DNA of 64,000 nucleotides from contig OX597829.1 in assembly GCA_951406725.2 (NCBI GenBank), forward strand, positions 25,482,001 through 25,546,000, read 5' to 3'. The notes beneath the pieces are model-generated. The model did no database searches. It saw only the letters and a list, made by a program, of their open reading frames with translations, and had not been told where the DNA came from. Source of the DNA: Octopus vulgaris. Its lineage: Eukaryota. Below are positions 38,801-53,555 of this stretch, one piece after another; position 1 is the first letter of the stretch; each line of letters begins with the position of its first letter. Made by a program: the position numbers and the translations under genes.

Positions 38801-40102
38801 TTATACCTACTTTTTCTTTGTGCTGTTGTTCATACACATTAACATTACACATCCAATTGAGTATGTTCAACCTTGTTTCTTTTCAATATTTCAGTATGGA
38901 AGAACAAAAATACTGCAACAAAATACAGTTCATAAAGTATCTATTTTTTGCTATTCTTCTCACCCTTTCCTGATATACATACAGAAAGAAGATATTCACA
39001 AGCATACATGATGAATGTCTGGGCAGTTTCTGTCCCAAGTTTCATGCAAAAGATGTGGGCAGTGTGATAAGTTGTCATAAGTACATAGAAAATGGTGTGA
39101 ACAGCAGGATTGTCAAAGGAGTGTATGTGTTTTTGTGGCAATGAGAAGCAGTTTGGTTACATCGTGCAATAGTTCTCTGAATGGTTCTGTATGGCAATGA
39201 AATATGGAAAATATTGGGTCAGTCTGAGACTGTAGCAGAAAAATAATGCTTGCTAGAGTTGCTACACAGTTGAATCAAACTCAAGAGTTGGATGGTTGTT
39301 GAAGCAACTTGTTATATACAGCCATATATACATCAACTGATATTTTTCACGTCACTTCTTTCTTTAAAATATTGTACATCCTTGTTCTCAATATTCAATT
39401 TGTCCATTGTATATTATTGCAAGACTTAAGTACATATACAGGGCAAGCTAGTGAAAGGTCTGACTTGGTATAAAGCAACATATGTTAGACTTGTTTTCAA
39501 GCATAATCTTTCATGCAGAGATAGAAACACTTCATCAAGAGAACTGACAGATCTTTGAATATTTAGCATTTCAAACTTTAGATACATTATGGTGTAATGT
39601 TTGTTGTGGTGATATTTGATTGTATCTTGCCAGTGTCAAAATTTGCTTTCGTCCTTTTTATGGTCAGATTAGCAGTCTAGAGTGGTATGGAATTGCTGTA
39701 GTATCTGATGGTCTGAATTGCAATGTTCATTGTGTCTCTTTTGTATTCTGAGTTCTATCACCCTGTTTAATGTCACCACATGATCCTTGGGGAACTTCAG
39801 AAGAATTCACTGTTACTAGCATTTGGGCCATATGTCCAGTTTGAGGATTCCTTGCTCCCTTCAGATAGAACTTGAAACTGTTCAGTAACTGAATGTTTCT
39901 ATCACTCCATCCTTCATCACACATGTTTCTATTGCTATCATTTATGCATCCCACTCAATAAAGAGGCTGGCAATTGAACAGAGATGTGGAATTGTGAGAT
40001 CCCTTTTGTCATGTTGAGGGCATGACCACCTCTCTAATGCTGGTGTCATGAAAAATAATAATGTAGAGTAGTTGGCACCCAGCTGTAGAAACCAACCCCA
40101 AA

Positions 40103-41831
40103 ACGAAACCCAGTCCCGCTTGAACAACCAAATTGCAACGTTGGTAGACTCAACAGGCGTATCGATTGAGGACCCTTATCAACAAAGTCAATTATTTGCT
40201 GAGGCTTTTTCAACTATTTTCAAAAAAGATGATGGTCGTGAACCCCCTCCATTTGATAGATCAGTACCTCCAATGCTTCGATTGGTCATCACGCGGGACG
40301 AAGTCGAATGCGTTATTCAAGGCCTCCATGACAACAAGGGTCATGGCCCTGACGGCATACACCCACGGGTTATCAAAGCGTTGGCGACGGGTGTTATACC
40401 TGCGGACTGGAGAACAGCGATAATCTGCCCAATTTTCAAGAATGGGAGCTGCAAAGACCCGCTTAACTACCGACCGGTTTCCGTTACATCAATAATCAGC
40501 AAGATGTTCGAAACCATCCTTAAGAAAAGTATGATGCTCCACCTCCAAAACACAGCCTCTATCTCTGATTCCCAAAACGGCTTTGTGCCGAAGAGATCAT
40601 GCTTGACCAACTTACTGGTAATGGAAGAATTGGTGACGCGCATCCTCAATGATATTGATGCTGTTGACATCGTTTTATTGGACTTTGCCAAAGCTTTTGA
40701 CTCGGTAAACCACCGCCTATTACTTGTCAAGCTTCAAGCATATAATTTCCATCCGGATATTGTATGATGAGTTGGTGCCTTCCTCTCAGATCGCTCCTTC
40801 CAAGTCCAAGTTAATGGTTTGCGGTCCGACGTCTCCAGTGCGAGCAGTGTTGTGCCTCAAGGTTCAGTGCTTGGGCCCTTATTGTTCTTAGTCTTCATAA
40901 ATGACTTGCCCGACGACCTCATGCAACACACCCTTCTATTTGCCAACGATGTCAAACTGGTCGCTCCTCGTGGTGATATAGAGGATCTTCGTCGATGCCT
41001 CCACCAAATTTGGAGATGGTCTAACGAATTGGACCTGTGTCTGAACGTGTCAAAGTGCTGTCATCTGCCTGTTGGCTCTCCTCCTGCAACTCAACTTGAT
41101 TTCGAGCCGGGTCGTCTGCTGCTGGAGAGGACCGATCAGGTAAAGGACCTGGATATCTTGGTGGATTCCTCCTTTTCGCCTTCAGCCCAGTGCGTCCATG
41201 CTGCCAACTAAGCACGCGGAGTTCTGTTCTTGATTCGACGGTCATTCTGAATGCTCACAGCAGCCATATTCCTACCGCTCTATGTCACGCTGGTGAGACC
41301 TATATTGGAGTACGGGATTCAAGCCTCTTCTCTTTATCTCCTCAAAGACATACAGCATCTCGAAAGAGTCCAGAAGCTGGCTACCCGCATGGTTCTTGGT
41401 CTCAAGAATTTGTCTTATGAAGAAAGGTTGAAGATGCTCGACCTTTATTCTCTAGAAAAACGCCGACGCCGTGGTGATCTCATTCTCGCTCACAACATCA
41501 TAAGCGGAAAGTGTAACCACTCGAAAGAGCTGTTCTTCACTCCTGCTCAAGAGCGTCGGCTGCGGGGTCATTCTGAAAAGCTCTATCTGCGATGATTTCA
41601 TCTAAATCGAAGGAGAGGGGCTTTCTCCGTCCTGGTTGCGGATCCGTGGAATAAGCTGCCGGACCAGATGGTGAAGATGCCGACGACCGCTTGGTTCAAA
41701 GTCTCCCTTGACCACATGTGGCCTGAACTCTTTACATGAACACCACCCTGTACATAACTCCATGTCCTCCTACATGGCCTTGCTATTTGCTTTTTGCTTT
41801 TTGAGCCAAAAAATTAACTAACTAACTAACT
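40103..41831 (+). mobile_element. 5'-truncated young CR1-clade LINE (RT domain to 3' end)
   Basis: GPDGIHPR, NYRPVSVTS, LDFAKAFDSV, VPQGSVLGPLLF, FANDVK (FADD site), RRRGDLI and RLRGH all lie in one frame with 4 nonsense codons. Natural stop at 41739; (ACTA)n tail. Confidence 0.95.
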
Positions 41832-42103
41832 ACTCCCTTCAATCCATTTATGTGAGCAGCACCCCTGAATATGTGCTCACTTCAAATGGGGTTACCATCC
41901 AGCCAACATCAACATGGAAAGCAGGTGTAAAATGATTTATGTATGTGTGTGTACACACATGTGAGCACATAAATGCGAAACAAGGTAGAATAAAAAGTAG
42001 TGTTTGTTCAAGCTGATAGATTTCAGTCTGATCAGTTATGGGAAACTAACAGTTTGTAGAATTTCTCGGCTTCAGTATAACACTATACCTGTCATTATAT
42101 GTA

Positions 42104-42935
42104 CTGTAAAAAACCACGTAATTTACACATTTTTTGCACAAAAATAAAAATAAACTTTAGGGGTGCATAAATTACATTGAGTAGATTGTTTCCAGACTTG
42201 TTTTAGAAAATGTTTTTGTTGAAATATGACGTACAAAACATGAACATTCATACCAGAAGTTGACTCAGTTAATGTCAGAATAGATTTTTACAGAAAAAAT
42301 ATGGGTTTAAATATAATGAAGTTGACTTTTATACTGGATGGTATAATGCTTTTTTTTTGTATGAATTTACTAAAACCAAATGGTCAACTACTTTTTGAAG
42401 TCTGGCGTTCGTGCTGGTAAACACGGTCCAGGCCATACTTTACTTGGTTGAGTGAAGTGTCATCCAAGCTGATGTTTATTGGTAATTAAACATAATCTGC
42501 AACACCTGTGAGTATTTATCAGCTTTGTTTTTGTTGATAATTCTTGACAACTTTTCCTGTGATCGTAATTTGAGATTTAGCAGTATGTTAAAGATCAGAC
42601 ATAATCTCTTGTGGGCAAGAAATGTAAAATAAAGTTTATTATAAACAACACAAACACTTTGTAATTCAATAGCTTATAATGTGATACCTATTAAACAGAA
42701 GTTATTTTTATTTGGTGAAAATTTAATAAAATCTAATCATAAGTAAATGAAATTGTACTAAATACAACTAAACTGAAAACCTTTTTACCCTGGCCATATT
42801 GGCTGTGCTGAAAACTTTTGGGTGTGAATTTTACATGAGTAGAAGCTTTTTTTTTTTTTTTTTTTTAAACAATTTTCATCCTGAAAATCGCCTGCATAAA
42901 TTTCACAGGTGTGCAAATTACATGGGTTTTTATGG
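42104..42935. mobile_element. Non-autonomous pogo/Tc2-type element
   Basis: TIRs CTGTAAAAAACCACGTAATTTACAC / GTGCAAATTACATGGGTTTTTATGG flanked by TA; end style resembles the 10884 element. Confidence 0.7.
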
Positions 42936-43144
42936 TATATAATTTTTATTAGTTGTAGAGCTACATAAGTGATTCAAAAGCTGAGAGTTTAGTGTAAAGT
43001 ATTTATCAACTAGGTAAGTGGTATGCATAAAGCTGTAATTCTTTGACTATTAACCTTACAACCAATAAATAAATTTGCTCCACTTGGTGTACTGAATTCT
43101 ATTTCCTCTATTTGTAGCACTTAACCCATCTGTTTGTCTAAACA

Positions 43145-43440
43145 TGTATGCACTGCAGTGCTATGCACATATGCAAACCACAAATGACAGACGTGCAACA
43201 TTACACCTTACTGTGTTATGTACACAAAAGACAGCAGACTGCTGTTTCTTGCACACTGAAGCCAGTTGACTGCAGTGTCATACTTAATTCAAACCATCTG
43301 CAGGCTGCAGTGCCAAGCATACATGCAAGCCAACTGCAATGTCATGCACACACTCAAGTCTCCTACAACTCTGCACTGCCTACGTTAAGGACTATAGGAG
43401 GTTTAAGCATGTGTATAACAGTAAACTGTTGTACCATGTA
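43145..43440. repeat. Degenerate minisatellite, about 27-33-bp unit (ACTGCAGTGCCATGCACA core)
   Basis: Recurring CTGCAGTG..ATGCAC-like units. Confidence 0.5.
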
Positions 43441-46400
43441 GTCAATCAGGGCTCCTACAGGTTCCAGTGTCTTCACATGAATATTGGAATGATTTAGTTT
43501 GGCATGGTTGTTCTTGTCTGTTGTTGTTAGTTAGCCATGGGTCAGTATTGATATGATACATCTGTATTTTATTCAGAGAAAGTATATCTTTAGCTATATT
43601 ATGTAATGTATTTTTGAGGGAAATTTGGCTGTTTTTTCTCACAAGTTGGATGACAGTGTGCAAATTTGTATGCTTAGAATATTCTTTTAGCCATGGGTAG
43701 GCTCTGATCCATAAGCCTTATAAAAAAAATCCTCCGACCATGACTATTGCACTTGTTAAAAATATCTATAACTGCAACATGTTATTGTGTGATGGTTTTA
43801 GAATTTTGCCTTCTAACGAGTTAAATAACCATTAAGTTGTCCTCATTAACTCAATTATATCCTTTTATCTTTTTACTTGTTTCAGTTATTGAACTGCAGT
43901 CATGCTGAGGCACTGCTTTGAAGGGTTAAATTAAACAAATTAACCCCAGTACTTATTTTTTATATCCGGTTTCTTTGCCAAACTGCCAAGGTATGGAAAC
44001 ATAGATAAACACACACACACATGATGAACTTCCACACAGTTTTCATCTACCAAATTCACTCAGAAGGCATTGGTTGTCTTGAGGCTATAGCATAAGATAA
44101 CTTGTCTAAGTGCTGCAAAGTGGGACTGAACCAAAAAAAGCCATGTGCTTGCAAAACATACTTCTTAACCATACAGTCATGCCTGCACCTCGAGGACTGT
44201 ACCAAGCTCCACTGTCTGTTTTGGCATTACTTTTATGGCAGGATGCCCTTTCTAACACCAACTATGTTACAGTGTAGACTGGATGCTTTTTATGTGGTAC
44301 CAACACTAACAAGATCTGCTTAGGCATGGTTTTTACAGTTGGATGCCCTTCCCACACCATCCACTTTACAGACGGACTGGGTGTTTTTTTAAGTGATACC
44401 AACACTGGTGAGGTCTGCTTTGGCATGGTTTTTATGGTTAGATGCCCTTAGTATTGAAGTGGTTTTGTGTCAGTTGAGATGTTCAAGTATGACAGGGACA
44501 GAAGCTGGTATCTTGCTGTAGAAGAAATACATGTTTACCCCTAGTTGAAAGGAGAGAGAACAAGAGAGGTGGTGGTGATATTGTGCTATAGTTTCTTGTC
44601 TCTTACACCCAGCAATATTGGCAGATGTTTGGCTGTTATTAATATAGCATGAGGTTCAATAACTGTGAAGCTAGCATGTTGAATTGTTGGTCATTTAATG
44701 GTAAGTTAAGTCATTCAGGTACTCTCAAAGATCCATTCTCACTGTAAGTCACAGCTTCCATTCTTGCTTCACGGTCAAGGTGTTTACATTATCTTTTCAA
44801 AAGCAAACAAACTACAGACCACTATATGAAAGCATCTATGACCAATTAATGCTTTATTTCTTTTAAATGGCTGTATAGTTTCAAGTATATTTACTACCCT
44901 CTCTGCCTATAACATGGTAGAACATCCAGCTGAAGGGAGAAAGTACTGCATCAGCACTTGGATGGTACTCATTTTCAACTGAGTACACTGTACCAATGTA
45001 AAATGAAGTGCCTTACTCAAGGACACAGTATGCTGCCCAACCTGGGAATTGAATCCATAATCTTATTACAGATACAACATGGTAACCACTAAGCCATAGT
45101 AAAAATAAGTTCATCAGAAAAGAAAAGTTGCTCCTATGCAAAGACAGGGACATTTTCTAAGTTATGTAAACATGTTTTGTTTTATAAAGCTTTTCATCTT
45201 TAATACTAACAGTAACAAGATATACTATTGGTAGTATTAAACATTATTCTCACTGAAATAAATGCTTAATGCTAATACCATCATCATTTAATGTCTTGTT
45301 TCATGCTGGCATGGGTTGGGTGGTTTGGCAGGATCCGATTGGCCCAAAGACTGCAGTGTACTTCAGTGTCTGCTTTGACATGGTTTCTATGGTTGGATGC
45401 ACTTCCTAATACCAACTACTCAGCAGTTTGTACTGAGTGTTTTTTTTTCCTGCCACCAGCAAATGGTGAAGTTAGGATGTAGCTTGCAAGATTATGAACC
45501 CTGAGCAGAAGGGGGAAACTTTATGCATGGAGAATAAAGAGTATAGAGGGATAAAGAACAAAGGAAAAGGGCCAGAGCAGAACAGGTTTCTTGCTGTAGA
45601 GGAGTGACATGACTATTCACATTTCTATATTTTAGAGATGAGATATTCTGTACATTATTTATATTATTTACATTGGATGGATATGTGTCCTCATCTTGTT
45701 TGTTGTTACCGCAATGTTGTACTGGGTGTGTGTTTTTTTCCATCATGCCACCAGCAGTTGGTGAAGTTACAATGTAGCTTGTAAGATTATGAACCTTGAG
45801 CAGGTGCAGGAACTTTGTGATTGGAGAATAAAGAGTATAGGGGGGTCAAGTATGAAGGGAAAGGGCCAGAGTAGAACAGGTTTCTTGCTGTAGAGGAGTG
45901 ACTCTTGCAGAGAGTAAATCAGCTGAAACATTGTGGTAACAATAAACAAGATGAGGATACATATCCATTCAATGTAAATAATGTATGACTATTTACATTT
46001 TAGAAGAGAGGTGGTGGCGTGGGAACTGGAAAGTGATATAAATAGTGATGAAGTGTCAGGGTGGGGCAGCAGTGCCAGGAATGAGTGGGTGAAATAAGAG
46101 ATATCTGGCAGCAGGATGGAAATGATGAATACTAACATTGAGATTTACTTTTTGGTAACATTATTCATTAACCTCATTGACATTAATGTTTAAGACTAAC
46201 ATTTAGTAGTTATAGTATATGTGGCATTAGACATTAATCTTAGTGATTGACTGTTTCTTTGCTCTCAGCATAACTAAGTTCAGTTTCAAGAAAGTGGGCA
46301 AGGTTTACTCATAACAGCCTTTGCTGGTATGCAATATTTTGTTTGTCAATGGCTCTACAGGAATGGAGTCAGTTTACATATTTATGGTGCTGCTAAAGAC

Positions 46401-47183
46401 ACTCAAGGACTTGGTGTTTGTTGTTGCTAAACTTTGTGTCAGCTCTGATTGAGCAGGCCTTGTTCCAGTTGTGACTGTATAAATGCTCACAGACACACTG
46501 ATACTTTTGAAGTATTCTTCTCTAACTGATTCTCAAGTATTATAAGAATATATGAACTGGGTATGGCAGTAGTGTTGTTTAATCTTAGGGCAGCTGATTC
46601 AACAGAGGTACATCCAGTCTTTTTTTGTTCAAGGATTGTGTGTTTATGGTTTCTTTAATACCCTCTTCTTTTGAAGACAGTGTGATTTTGAGGGATGATT
46701 AGTTGCTATTTCTTGTTTGTTTAGTTACCACACAGATTCTCATGTAGGATTCTGTATGTCATTTAGGCACAGATCATCCATGATCAAGCAAACTAATGAT
46801 CAGATGTATTCTGCTTGTGACCATGCTGTCTGTTTAGGTACATCAATGTCTACATTATCCCAAATGTCCTTTCCTTCTACAATAGTAAGGTGTGATTTGA
46901 TGACAAATTTGGTTGCTATTTCTATCTGGCACATGGACCCTCTAGCAATGGCTTGGTATGCAAGGTATATGTTGTTTGCAGAAAGAAAAAAAATGCCCTA
47001 TTGTATATGAAATATGTCCTGAGCTTATTCCAGCGCATATTGATTCCAAATGGGTAAAGTTACTCAATACCAACTGACATTTAGTGTGGTAGTAGGCACT
47101 GAAATCTAAAATCAGTGTTTTGCTCATTAAAAAAGCTAAATTGTAACTGGTTATTGATTTTTGCTCTCTTGAAACTATTCCAG

Positions 47184-47264
47184 GAATGATCCGAAACCTT
47201 CATGTAGCTGCTCTCCTCGGCGACCAAAAAGAAGAGGAACAGATATGTATGAAGAAACAGATAT
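47184..47264 (+). CDS. HPIP/CCDC117-family gene, exon 2 (NDPKPSCSCSPRRPKRRGTDMYEETD)
   Basis: Acceptor TTCCAG, donor GTAAGC, 81 nt, phase 2-2, in frame with exon 1; basic NLS-like RRPKRR. Confidence 0.8.
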
Positions 47265-48135
47265 GTAAGCTTTGTAATTAATTTTAATTGTTGTCGTTAT
47301 TTTGTTACTATCAAGACAGATTGTTAAATTAAATTTTATATATTTTTTTTGTTTTGAATTTCAAATTGTTGGATTCACTGTTTTTACTTGAAATGGAGAT
47401 GGACTTTCAATTAATACAAAAAGAAAAAAAAAATTCCAAGACCTTATTGAAATTCAATAAGTCATGATAAAAAAGTAAAATGGAAATCTGAATGTCAGAT
47501 TATGATATTTTGCTGTCTGTTTCCCGATTTGAGTTTGAATTTCAGCTTCGTATTCTTTTCCCCAGATTTTTGGTTATGTGTTGAAACTGACAAAACAAAC
47601 TCTTGAATGAATATTTCCATCTTTAGTTATATATTAAATTACAAGATTTAATCTGGATACAAGGAGCATTGTGGTGTTTAGCCAGTGGACTAGAATTTTG
47701 TACATTTATCATTGATCCAGAAGCAATGAATGATAAAGAATAATTGGAAAAGCTTTGGCGTGAGGGACTTAATAGTTTGATACTCTCTCATTTCTTACAA
47801 ATCCTTATCATGCACTTCACATCACATGCACATGCATAAACACTCACATATACATTTTATTAATTGTTTTTAACTAACAGCACATTAATGTCTGTCTATG
47901 TCCATGTTTTATTTATTTTTTAAGAGTTTTCATTGCATGCTAGATAACAGGCTGCTACCCACTAGATCAAATTTTCATTTCATGCTAGAAATAGGTATCA
48001 TGCGTTGTACCATCTTGGCCCTCACACAGCTTAACTGAAGGAGAGAAGAGATGCAGACATTTAGGAAGAAGACAAATATTGACCACAGTTTGTGTATGCA
48101 TGTGTGTGTGTGTGTGTACATGTACACTATATATA

Positions 48136-49328
48136 GACTATGTGATCAAAAGTATTTGGACACCCTGCAAAATGTGTGTTTATCAGAGAGGGTGACACAG
48201 TGGATCAAAATGGAACACATGGTCAACAATCTCAGTAGCCGACAGACAGCGCTAAGCAGCAGAATGGGATGCTGTGTGGAACCAATGGACTTTCAACGAG
48301 GTCAAATGCCACTTGGCTAATAAACATGTGCATGAGATTTCAACCCTCCTGAAGATCCCTTAGGTCCACTGTTTCTGATGTAATAGTGAAGTGGAAATCT
48401 GAAGGATGTATACAACCCAAAAGCATTCAGGTCAAGCTCCCATGTTAACTCCTAGAGACTGTTGAGTGTTGAAGAGGGTCATGCAGCATAATTGTCTATC
48501 ACCCTTCACCACCATCACAAAAAAAAATTGCAAACTGCAGCAGGATCTACTTCAAGCACCATAACTGGTGTAAGGTGCAGAAACTTGGGTTTTGTGGCAG
48601 AGCATCTGCCCATCAGCCACACATCATATAGACAATTGCCCAACACTGCCTCGTGTGGTGTAAAGAGCGTCAAAACTGGACTACAGAACAGTGAGAAACT
48701 TGTGTAGTGTGATGAATCATGGTACACAATGTGGTGATCCAATGGTAAGGTGTGAGTGTGTAGTGAATACCTGGTGAATGTGCACCAGCCATAGTGCCAA
48801 CTGAAATTCAGCGGTGGTGGAGTCATGGTGTGGTTGTGTTTCTCTAGGAGAGGGTTTGGCCCCCCCTTGTTGCTTTATTTGGCACTGCTATGAAGCAAGC
48901 TTACACTGACGTTCTAATCACTTTCATGTTGCCTACTGTCAAAGACCAGTTCAGGGATAACCATTGTGTCTTTCAACATGACCAAGCACCTTTCCATACT
49001 GTAGGAGAGTGGTTTGACAACAACATCCCACTAATGGACTGGCCCGTGTGGAGTTCTGATTTAAATCCCACCGGACATCTTTGCGATGTTTTTGAATGCC
49101 ATACCAACCAACATTGATAACCTTGCTCATATTGGCACTCTGTGAAGAATGGGCTGTCATTCCCCAGGAAACCATCCAGCACCTTGAAAGTATGCCTGCA
49201 AGAATGGAGGCTGTCACCAAGGCTAAGGGTGGGCCAACACTTATTGACTGCCAGTGTTCCTGATGGAGGTTAGCCCAAACTTGTACTTCATTATCAGTGA
49301 ATGTCTAGATACTTTTGATCACAATGTG
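48136..49328 (+). mobile_element. Decayed near-full-length Tc1 (DD34E) element
   Basis: TIRs GACTATGTGATCAAAAGTATTTGGACAC / ATGTCTAGATACTTTTGATCACAATGTG. Motifs DES, GGGVMVW, VFQHDQAPFH, MDWPVWSSDLNP..HL.D. Confidence 0.88.
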
Positions 49329-52300
49329 TGTGAATGTATGTATACACACACACACACACGAAAAGATGAATGGGATGGAGAGTTGCTGAAGAGGTCACAG
49401 GATGTGTTATGAAAGATTTCAGACAAGATACTAAAATAAAAATAAGAGTAAAGCTGAAGTGAAGAACAAGTACATAGTGTGTGTTTATTTGGCAATAAAA
49501 AAAGACCATCCCAAAATATAACTAATATATATATATATATATTATATATGGGTGTATGTATATATACTACAATACATAATACATTCCAATAAATCTGTTT
49601 AAAGTGATAAATTGAGCAAAGATAGGGGGGAATGAGCCAGTTATTTGTGGGATATCTCCCAGACAGCATCGGCATAGCAAACCTGTAGTAAGGAGTTTAC
49701 TGCCTCAATACCAGTGACCCTCAATTTCAGCAATTTTTGACATTTAGATAGAGGCCCAGTATGTTTATATTAAGTTAAAAAAAATAAACATTCCATGTTC
49801 ATTTTCTTCCATGATCCTTCTGTCTCTCCTATTCTAAGCACATTTTATTCTAAGATTTATAAATTTAAAATGTGGTCATCATTTTAAAGACTTTGAATTT
49901 GCTTAGAGAGAGTTGGTATTTACTCTTTGGTAGCCTGAATGACTGCATAGAATTCATCAAAAAATTGGCTGTTACATTCAGTGCCTTAATTACAAAGGAA
50001 CTCTGTCAATGGATTTTGTTGTTGTTATTGCATATCTCAGATAGATTCCACAGACTATTTGACATGAAGATGTTGTTGAATAGTCTGTCATGTGTGGTTT
50101 GAGCAGACCTATGATAGCTAAACAAATAAATAGCCTTAGTTTTGAATAAGCCTCTGTGATACATGAGTAGCACTTCAAATGAAACAGTTACTGGACGTTT
50201 GTTAATATTTAGAGATGCATGCAAAAGTGGTAAACTGGCAGAATTGTTAACATACTCGACAAAATGCTGCTAATGTTCTGAGTTCAAATCCTGCCATGGT
50301 TGACTTTGCCTTTTATCCTTTGGGGGGGGGGGGGGTCAGTAAAATAGGTACCAACTCTGTACTGGGGTTGATGTAATTAGCTTTTCTCCTTGCTTAAAAT
50401 TGCTGGTCTTGTGCCAAAATTCGAAATCAATCATTTAAGGCTGTGAGTTGGTAGAATCATTACTGCACTGGGCAAGATGCTTAGTGGCATTTCTTTTGAC
50501 TTAATGTTCTGAGTTCAAATCCTGCCACGGTTGGCTTTGCCTTTCATCCTTTTGGGATCGATAAAATAAGTACCAGTTGAGCACTGGGGGTCAATGTAAT
50601 TGACTTGCCCCACTTCCCCAAAATTACTGGCCTTGTGCCAAAATTTGAAAGCAGTATTTATTGATGGATGCCACTTGTTCCATAGTTACATGATATACAA
50701 CTGTTGTGCTTCCCATTTTTAACACTATCTCTTACCCCACTTCAGACACTCTTGCCCTCACATACTCCTAATTTTCTGTATCTCTAATCACTTGTACTAT
50801 CCTTACACCTTGAGGGACTGCAGCCACCTCATTATCACCACCGCTATTTGTCTCTTCACAGCTACTGTTTATATATTCCTAACTCTCTCCTAAATGTGAG
50901 TTGTGTAGATGTTCTATGACAAGAAACAACTCTGCAACATCCCCTTCTCTCATACTGTAACCCTCATTGGCTAGCATGAAGCTCTTCTTGGGTTTTGTAG
51001 GCTTGTAAACTGCATGACAACATCACCTATACTAGGGGTATGAAAACAGCATCCAGTTTATGTTTGACATTAGGAAAGGCATCCAGTCATAGAAACCATG
51101 CTAGAGCAGACACTGGAGCATAACGCAATCCTAGGATTCATTGGATCCTGTCAAATTGTCCCATCCATGCCAGCATGGAACATTAAATGATGATGCTGAC
51201 ATATTTTTAAAGCATTTTGCTAAATAACTAAATATAAACACTTTAACTGGTTTCTGGTTACAAACACCACAAATTATAGTTGATAATATACTGGCTGTTA
51301 CTTTGAAATCTCTGTTTAGATGGACCTTTTCTTAACATTTAGTTCCAACATAAGTAAGCAAGAAGAATTGACAGTGCTAGAATTCTTGATATTTATGCTA
51401 AAATCTTGTCAACATTTTCATCCTTGTTCCAACATTACAAATTACTGAGCTTGTGATGTTCACCATAATATTGCTTTCTGATTTTGGCAGAAGATTAGCA
51501 ATTTTGGTAGTGGGTATGTCAATTATATTAACTCCCAGTGTTCAACTAGTACTTTATTGACCCTGAAAAGATGAAAGGTAAAGTTGACATTGGCAGAATT
51601 TGAACTCAAAACGTAAAGATGGATAAAATGCATCTAAGCATTTTGCCTGGCGTGCCCACAATCTAGCCTGCTTGCTGCCTCAAATGTTCGCTATAATATT
51701 AATGATATTTAATAGCTGCAATATTGTTTTCCTTCAAGTATTTCCAATTATTGTTCAGGAACCATATTTTTATTGAAGCTAATTTTCAAGATATTTCAGA
51801 CATACTTGTTCTCATTTCCTGGTTTTCAATCTCATTTCATTGATTTTTTTTTTTACCTCTTTATGTGTGTTTATGTGTGTATGTGCATGTAATACACACA
51901 CGCACACACACACATACACACGCACACACACACACACACACACATAATGTATACATTATATAGATGTAAAAGTGTATATGTATATATTCAAATATGTGTG
52001 TATACACATGCAAAATACAAATGAGTGTGGCTGTGTTATGAAGTTAGTTTCCCAACCACATGGTTTTAGATTCTGTCTTACCGCATGGCATCTGGAGCAA
52101 GTGTCTTCTTTTATAGCCCAGGCTATAGTGTACGTGTGTGATTGTGTCTCCTTGTCTTGACATTGCGTGATAGTTGTAAATGAGTATCACTGTCATGCAA
52201 GCAGTTTCAATCATTTCCAATGATCTGCAAAAACAAGTCTGATGAGGTGAAAATATTACTTTACTATAGACCCTATGCATTCTGCTTAACCAACTACATT

Positions 52301-53340
52301 TGTTTTGGTTGTTGTCCTGCATTATTTCATCTTTTTACCATTGGGTTATGAAATATTTTGTGTCGTATTTATTTCATTGTTAAAGAAAAGAAGGTAATAC
52401 TCGTGTCTTTTGATATTACTGAGATTGGTTGTTCAGTTCACATCTGCAGGAAGACAATTCCAGATAATTTGAAGTTCTGGAGAGGATGGATTACAAAATT
52501 GTTAAGTGCAGGGTCTAGCAGGTGAAATACAGTGGTGGCTGATGAAGAGACAAGAAATAAAGCTTGATTAGTTGAGTGAAAGACAAGCACCTGGTTGTAG
52601 GGTGTGGATGGGATAGTTTTTGACAATAAGTTAAATGTTTCCCTATCACAAGTATATTATTACTATCATTATTCATATATACATATACACACGGTGTGTG
52701 CATGTGTGTTTATCCATTCAAGTGACTTTCATTGTTGTTTTAAATGATTATTTGATTAAATATTTGTAAATTCAAATTAAAATCTATGTAGCAGACAGGA
52801 CAAGTGTTGGAGACGTTGCTATGAGTGTTACCATGTCCTTTTATTCAGTATTTCTTCAGACATCCTGGAATGAGACAATTCTTTGGTTTCACAATAAAAA
52901 ATTTAATAGCATGATGGTGTAATTTAATGATACATTAATTATTTTGGCATCAAATGTCCATCCCCAGAATTTTATTCCAATATTATTTTGGAGAAAATAT
53001 GTACAAAAATTTATTGTTAAATGCTGCTATCAAATATTATTTGTTAACTAGCAATCAGCTGATGCATTTTGTACAAACAAACAATTAATTTAATGTGAGA
53101 TTAAATTACACTTTTTACACTTGTAGTTTTCAATCTTTGGAAGATGATGATGATGGAGGTTTCAAATTTTGGTACAAAGCCAGCAACTTTTTGGGGGTAG
53201 GATGGTAGTCAATTAGATTGAGCCCAGTTCTCAACTAGTACTTTATTGATCCTGATTACAAGTTACTGAGACAGTGATTTGTGTGTGACAGCTGAATCAA
53301 TTTGCCATATGCAAGACCACATCGACCCCCACAAATTTAA

Positions 53341-53555
53341 CCCTTTCGTTACCAACCCGGCTGAAACCGGCTCTAAGTACAAATGTCTAATTTTCATAAG
53401 TTTTGAACTAAAATCTTCCACCAAACCTTAGACACAATTTATGTTCCTTAACACTAGCTGAATGGTCACTAAGTTATTTCACTAAATTCTTGGTTATATT
53501 TAAAGTAATTGGAAGAAAAACAGAGTATCTCAAAATAAATGCAGTAATGAAAGGG
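53341..53555. mobile_element. piggyBac-type MITE
   Basis: TTAA|CCCTTTCGTTAC ... GTAATGAAAGGG|TTAA. A more decayed copy lies at about 53838-54056. Confidence 0.8.

Noticed and set aside
37318-39011. 208-aa (-) and 195-aa (+) ORFs in intron 1
   Set aside because: They run across microsatellite and decayed repeat pieces, with no splice or motif support.
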